Positions 58,001 to 64,000 of a stretch of 64,000 nucleotides of DNA are shown piece by piece. This stretch comes from Phaeosaccion multiseriatum. Taxonomy: Eukaryota; Protista; Ochrophyta, other classes. The notes under the pieces were generated by a model. That model was not told the DNA's origin. It worked only from the letters and a program-made list of their open reading frames with translations, and did no database searches. A program made the position numbers and the translations under genes. How positions within the stretch are numbered: position 1 is the first letter of the stretch; each line of letters opens with the position of its first letter. The stretch is from NCBI GenBank assembly GCA_965112735.1, contig OZ218952.1, forward strand, positions 4,030,001 through 4,094,000. The letters run 5' to 3'.

Positions 58001-61000
58001 GTCTCCTGATGGCTGTGGCCAGCTCTTCAGTGCACGGCACAAGAAGATCAAGAGCGGGTCTGAGAATGCCTTTGTTCCGTACATGCTGCCGGTGAGTGAG
58101 TGAGTGAGTGAATTGAGTTGGTGAATTGAGTGGGTGAATTGTGTGAGTGAGTGAGTGAGTGAGTGAGTGAGAGAATGAGTGAGTGGGTGAATTGAGTGAG
58201 TGATTGAGTGAGTTGTGTAAAGGCGCTATACCCTCAGTGCACTGGTGAACACGCCCTGTACCGTGCACGTCTGAGCACCTCCCTTCCCCCTCCCCCGTTC
58301 CGGAACGTGCCCTTGTCGCCTTCTGCCCCTACGCCTGCTGTCCCTGCTCCCCCTTCGCCGCAGTCGGTGGATCTCCCCGAGGGGCTGGAGGCGCGACGCG
58401 TGTTTTGGCTCACGGATTGGGTGGGGGTGGAGGACCTGGGGCCAGCGATGCTCGTCCTGTGCGCCAGACAAGACGCGCCGTCATGCAGCGGCTCCTCTGA
58501 GGTGGACATTGCTTCGGCGGGGATGACTGCAGACGAAGGCGGGGGCAGCAGCGGCAGCAGCGGCGGCAGCAGCGGTGGTCATGGGTTAGACGACCACTCC
58601 AGGTGGCGGCGGGGCCAGCAGCAGCAACAGCAGCGCAAGCAGGTGCTGCTGCTGTATGAGCTGAGGGAGCGACAGGTCGGGACGGGTGCGACAGAGCGGC
58701 GGTTGGAGGAGGCACGGTATCTGGAGGGAGTTGCGTCTGATGGAGCCTCCAACGATTGGAGCAGTAGAGCCACCAGCTCGGGCTCATTGGGCAGCTCCGT
58801 CCAGGGTATGGGTAACAGCACTAGCACTGGTAATAGTAGCAGTGGCAGCAACGGCAATGTCAACAACTACGAACACGTCATCGCACCGATAATCGCAGAG
58901 GAAGGATTCCCGGACGCGGAAGCTGTGGTGGTGCGGCAGGCGAGTGGAGGGAAGACTAGAGGTCGGGCAGGGGCAGCAGGGCGTGGTGGTGGCGCTAGTG
59001 GCGGTGGTGGTGGAGGAGGAGAAGGAGGAGGAGCCGCTCGGTCTTCTACAGGAGTGGTCTCTCCTCCCTCACGTAGGGATGGGTTGCGTGAGAAGGGCCC
59101 ATGGGAGACCAATCGTGTCATCAGGCTGCGTGTCGAGCATGGCTTAGGCCTCGGCCTGACTCTGGAGTTTGAGCACGGTAAGGTGGTGGTGGCCGGCTTT
59201 AAGCGCCACCCCACCGCGGGAGGGATGTTACCTGCGGAGGCTTGTGGCCAGCTCCACAAGGGTGACGTCATCACCTCGCTGAATGACGTGAGTCTGCAGG
59301 ACCTCTCTGGCGATGACGCCAAGGATGTCATCCGAACGGCGAGGTTCGGTCGTGGATTGGGAATGGACATGGACCACGTCACCATCACTGTCCGGAGCAC
59401 CGTGAACATGGGGGCAGAAAAAGACGACGACGACGGAGGAGGAGGAGGAGGAGGAGGAGGAGGGGAGTACCGCTGCACCAGCGGCGGCGGCGACGGCATG
59501 ATGCGTGGGAATGGGCCCTGGTTTCGATCCACGAGTCCGGGCAAGGGTCGCACCAGTCGAGCAACGAGTGGAAGTGGCAGGGACGGTGGAGAGGGTGGTG
59601 CGCCACCCTTGCCGCGGAGCGGTTGGTTCACCAACGCTCGAGCCCGGGTCAGCACGAGAAGGTTTCGACGGAGGAAAGGAAAGCGGACGGGGGAGGGAGG
59701 GGGAGGAGGAGCGGAGGGGAGTGGAAGGGGTGTTGCTGGTGTGGGGGACGCTGGAGGGGGTGCTACAGAGGGAGGCCGAGGGCAAGGGGGAATGTACGTG
59801 GAGGATCAGTCCGTGGCGGCGAATGATTCCAACTGCACAGAGGTGTATTGGCATCTGTGCAACGTGGAGACTTCTTCCAGAGGAGGAGGAGTAGTAGAAG
59901 GAGGAGGAGGAGGAGGAGGAGGAGGAGGAGGAGGAGGAGGAGGGGTGGGAGGAGGGGGGCCAAGCATAGTGGTCGAAGGAAGCGAAGAAGGTGGCCGAGA
60001 TGATACGCCAACTCTTCCAGATGGCACAGGTGCCCTCCTGCCTCCTCCTCCTCAGCCGCCGATTACGAGAAGAGGGGGCAGGACGACGATGGCGGCCGCT
60101 CTGTCCTCTGACCTCCTCGTGGGCAGCGAAAGCATCTTCTTGCCTCGCCTGCCACCGACCGGAGGAGCCGTGCCAAAGGTTGAACCTACTGACGAACCTG
60201 AGCTGTGGGAGGAGGATGGAGAGTACCACCCTTTGGATGACAGGGTAGGGCGTCAGGGCATCCTCCTGGGCTGTGCAGCCGTCGTCGGAGTAGGAGGAGG
60301 AGGAGAAAGAGGAGATGGCGTTTCGGAAAAGAAGACGTCTGAGTGTTTTGCAATGGTGGCCATGAGTGTGTGCAAGACGGTGCCACGTAGGAAGACGGAG
60401 GCGGAGGCATTGGTAGGGACAGGTGCAGGGTCAGGGGCAGGGACAGGCGAATACACTAGGCAAGATGAGGAGGGGGAGGGGGAGGAGGATGAGAAGGAGG
60501 CGGCGGAGGCGGCAGAGGAGGAGCAGGAAGGGCGGGTGAAGGTGAAGGAGCTGTGTCGAGTGGAGATTGAGTCGGAGGCGCGGCCTGTGCTCCTCAACGA
60601 GCAGCAGCAGGGAGGAGCGCAGCAGAGTCGACGGACCGGAGCGATGATCGCTCTCTGTGCGGACGGGTGGGTGCGACGCTGGGTGCTGCTGGCTCCACGG
60701 ACGACGGGGAAGGGTGGGACACATGACGGTGAGTGAGGGGGGAGAAAAAGAGGGGTTACGTGCTCGAAGGCTTGGCAAGTGCACTCTCTCTCTCTCTCTC
60801 ATACGTACACACGCACACGAACGGAGAGAAAGAGAAGAAGTTGCGGAGTCTGGTTCCAGAGCTTTGCTTGGTCCGCTCCACGTTGGCGCATCACAGCACC
60901 ACATCGGATCTGTTTCCCCTTCTCACCCCTCACTCACTCTCACTCCACTCCGACCCAGAGGGGCCCTCGCCATCCACTCCACCCTCTCACACTCTGCTCT

Positions 61001-61024
61001 GTGACGACGTATGCTCTGCTCTCT

Positions 61025-61076
<52 letters not shown>

Positions 61077-63833
61077 ATGTATCTTACAATCTGCAGGTGC
61101 TGCCGCTGGAGAAGGCTGGCAAATCAAAACCGAGGTCCTGTGTAGGCCCTTTGTGCATTCCCTTGGTGGTGGTGCGGTGAGCATGCTCTCAGCGGCGGAG
61201 GGCTGCCCCGCCCCTGCTTTCCTCGCTGCTGTGGACGACGCGGGGGTGATTGAGGTGTGGCGCCGCTCCAAGTCCTACCCTCAGGGAGAGTATCAGAAGG
61301 AAGGGCGACTCATCGCACCCGAGGCTGAGAAGCAGCAGCACCAAGACGACGAGAGCTTCCGCAGCGGGGTGGACGAGAAGAAGCAGCATATCAACAACAG
61401 CGGCAGCAGCAGCGGCAGTAACAGCAGCACGACCAAGGCGTTCTTCTCCACGAGCGCCGTGGCCTGCATCTGTTGGGTGTACCCGGAGCCTTCTGTCGGA
61501 CACGCAGACAAGTCCTCCTCGGGGGTGCGCACCCACTGCCTCTGCGTGGCGAGGGGCGGTAGTGTCATTGTCTACGAGCGGCACCTACTGCACCAGCCAA
61601 GGGAGGCGACGGGGGGGAGCAACAGCGACGACCGGGGCAGCAAATCGAGCATCAGTAGTAGTAGCAGCGGCAGTGGTAGTGACAGCAGCAGCAGCAACGT
61701 CGGTGAGGAGTGGGGGTGGATGCCGTTGCTTCGAGTGGCGGACCCGACCCTGCTCCTGCCTATTCCGGGGACAGGGCTGTCTGCCTTCTGCCAGGGGTTG
61801 GTGGCCAAGTACAGCCGTGCCCGACGGGTGCGTGTGTGTGTGTGTGTGTGTGTGATTGCGTTTGTACTTGCCCTGCTGTTGTCCTGTCAAGTCATCCTGT
61901 TTCTTACCTATCCTGTAGCAAGTATCCCCCTTCCCTCTCTCTTTGTCCTGCCCTACCAAATCTCCCTCAAGGAGCTGCTACTGCTCTTGATCGGCCTCTC
62001 CACCAGTTCCCCCTTCCCTTCCCTGTCTTTAACCTATGCTCTGTTTCGACCTGCGAAATTGAATCATCTGGGCCCGCCGGACCGACCACAGACGCAGCGG
62101 CGATCCAAAGAGAGCGATGCTTTGGACGAGTGGGACCCCTTGAATGTTGCGGCGCTGTGGTGTGCGGTAGGGAGTAGAGGCAGTGGCATGGGAGGCAGCG
62201 ACGGGTGGGGGGCAGGCCGCCAGAGGGCGCTGACGTTGCTGAGGTGGGCTGCGAGAGGGTCGGCAGCAGCAGCAGGAGTTGGTGATACAGCAGCAGGAAC
62301 AGGAGGAGGAGAGGAAGGGACTTCACTATCTTCTACATTAATGGCCGCAGCCGTATGCCCCGTGCTGCAGCAAGTGGGGGATGCGGCTCACGCTCCAGAG
62401 ACTGGAGGAAAAGGGGAGGAGGAGGAGGAGGAAGAACAGGAAGCTCTCTTTGCTCTGTCAGACGCCTTACTTTACGAGTACTTTGACGAGAAACGGTTAC
62501 AAGCCGTGGCTAGGATGCGGAGCAAGGCAGCAAGCTCTCGTCGGAGCGGCGGCGGTAGCAGCAGCATTGACACCACACCAAGCCTAAGCACAAGAGAGGA
62601 CAAGGAGGGGCAAGTGGGGGAGGAAGAGAGAGACGCCGAGAGGGCCATGACGTCCGCCGTGGAGCGAGAGAAGAGGCGTGTGGCGAGGTTTCAGCGGCTG
62701 AGCCCGGCCCGGAGGCTGGCACTTTGGGCGCTGTGTAGCTCGTCCCTGCACGGGGAAGTGTCGTCCGAGGAGGGGCTCCAAGCCGTGAGAGACGTGCGGC
62801 AGCGGGAGGAGGATTTTATTTACGCCCTGCACAGCCTGGAAGTGCAGGAGCACAGCAGACATGGAGGTGGTAGCGGCAAGTACAGCGGGGAGTCGGACTC
62901 GTCGTCGTCGTCGTCAGCAGTGGGGATCAGCAGCAGCTATCACTCTTCCACGCGGGCGCAGCAGGAGCGGCACTGGGATAGAGTGAGTGGGGGCAGCGCT
63001 CACTCGGCAGCGCTCCTCTCCTTTTCTCAGCACTCCTCGAGTAGGCCCGGCCAAACAGGGGGGGGCAGGAGCGGGGGCGGTGGGGCCAAGCGTGAAGCGC
63101 CGTCTTTGGGGAAGGCGTTTGATGGCGTACCGTCGGGAGGGGCTTTCTTGCTGAGCAAGGGGCTGTACGATCGGCTACAAGCGGTGGCAGGAGGCAAACT
63201 AGGCGGGGCAGGCGGCGAGGCAGCAGCAGCCGCGACAGCAGGGGCCTTGATGAGCGCCTCTCCACAGCAGCATCACCATAAGAGTAGTGGTGGCCCTTCG
63301 TCCTCCTCCTCCTCGTCCTCCTCCTCCTCCTCCTCCCCGATTGGAGGAATGAGGGTAGCGTCCTCCACAACTCTGGCGCTGCTTTTGGCGGGGAAAAGGG
63401 TACAAGCACAAGTCATTAAGGAGGCCTTTGGAGTCAGCGTCGCCCCCTCGGGAACGCCGTCCTGGGCGATGGGAGGCGGAGGCGGCGGCGGGGGTGGCGG
63501 GGGAGGAGCGGGAAGAGCGGGGGTGGTCGACTGGGACGCTGTGAGAGCCTCCAACCTCCCTCTTTGGTGTGAGGACCTGGACCTGCTTCGAGAAGTGGCG
63601 CAGACGGTGGCGTCTTGCACCTACCGCCGCGATCACGAAGTGATGGAGGTGGCGCTTTTCTATATCGCACAGGGCAAGGAGACGCAGCTGAGGCAAGTGG
63701 CGAAGCTGGACGATCATCGCCCGTCGCACTCCAGGAGGAAGGGGGCGTCGGCAGGGAGTCGCCTCATGAAGCTTATGGAGCACGACTTTACTCGTCCGGA
63801 GGGCCGGTAAGTGAGGTTGTTGTTGTTGTTGTT

Positions 63834-63868
<35 letters not shown>

Positions 63869-64000
63869 CGTGCTGCTTTTAGACCTTTCAGACCTTCGAA
63901 ATTGCGCATGTATGTCTCTCCCTCCTTTTGTCTCCCGTCGCCCTTACCGCCTCTCTCACCTCCCCTATCCCGTGCCGCTCGTGCCTGTCTCTCCCGCCCT
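55069..64000 (+). CDS. DMXL/Rabconnectin-3alpha/Rav1-like WD40 scaffold with an inserted PDZ domain (3' end beyond window)
   Basis: Degenerate WD-like strands (SISVWS, TVVVWK, LLKLWR, VIEVWR). PDZ-like GLGLTLEFEHGKVVVAGF..PAEACGQLHKGDVITSLND. Rav1p_C-like WDAVRASNLPLW..LLREVAQTVA..VALFYIAQGK..HDFTRPEGR followed by donor gtaagt at ~63807. Confidence 0.75.

Noticed and set aside
1-64000. tRNA/rRNA genes and autonomous transposase or reverse transcriptase ORFs
   Set aside because: None recognised by eye; a covariance-model and HMM scan would be needed to exclude them.

Overview
Gene-dense, intron-rich eukaryotic nuclear DNA, most likely a photosynthetic stramenopile (ochrophyte). This is inferred from a bipartite plastid-targeting N-terminus, a PTPS-III enzyme and stramenopile-style gene architectures. 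Most ORF-track entries are antisense or low-complexity shadows; real genes had to be rebuilt from GT-AG introns. Left to right: the 5' part (~4,500 codons) of a giant multi-SPRY, HERC/HECT-like gene (minus, runs off the window); a nested MITE cluster containing a 1.57-kb (GGGA)n tract; a PPR-SMR pseudogene; an orphan ORF; a selenocysteine (UGA) glutathione peroxidase with a clear SECIS; a PTPS-III; a second SMR relic; a secreted 2OG-Fe(II) oxygenase; a TBC+rhodanese RabGAP; a secreted Gly/Ala/Thr-Pro-rich protein; a ricin-like+ankyrin protein; two hypotheticals; a TKL kinase; a plastid DUF1995-like protein; a 17-repeat PPR-SMR gene; and a DMXL/Rav1-like gene (runs off the window). Most notable: (i) the PPR-SMR gene has near-identical 105-bp repeats that vary at the RNA-recognition code positions; (ii) it is interrupted by a 379-bp TGT..ACA foldback MITE with a 4-bp TSD, whose inverted repeat supplies a 5' splice site on one arm and a branch point on the other, allowing in-frame splicing (introner-like); (iii) several small 5'-TC..GA-3' MITEs with apparent 6-bp TSDs occur, one just downstream of every PPR-SMR copy.
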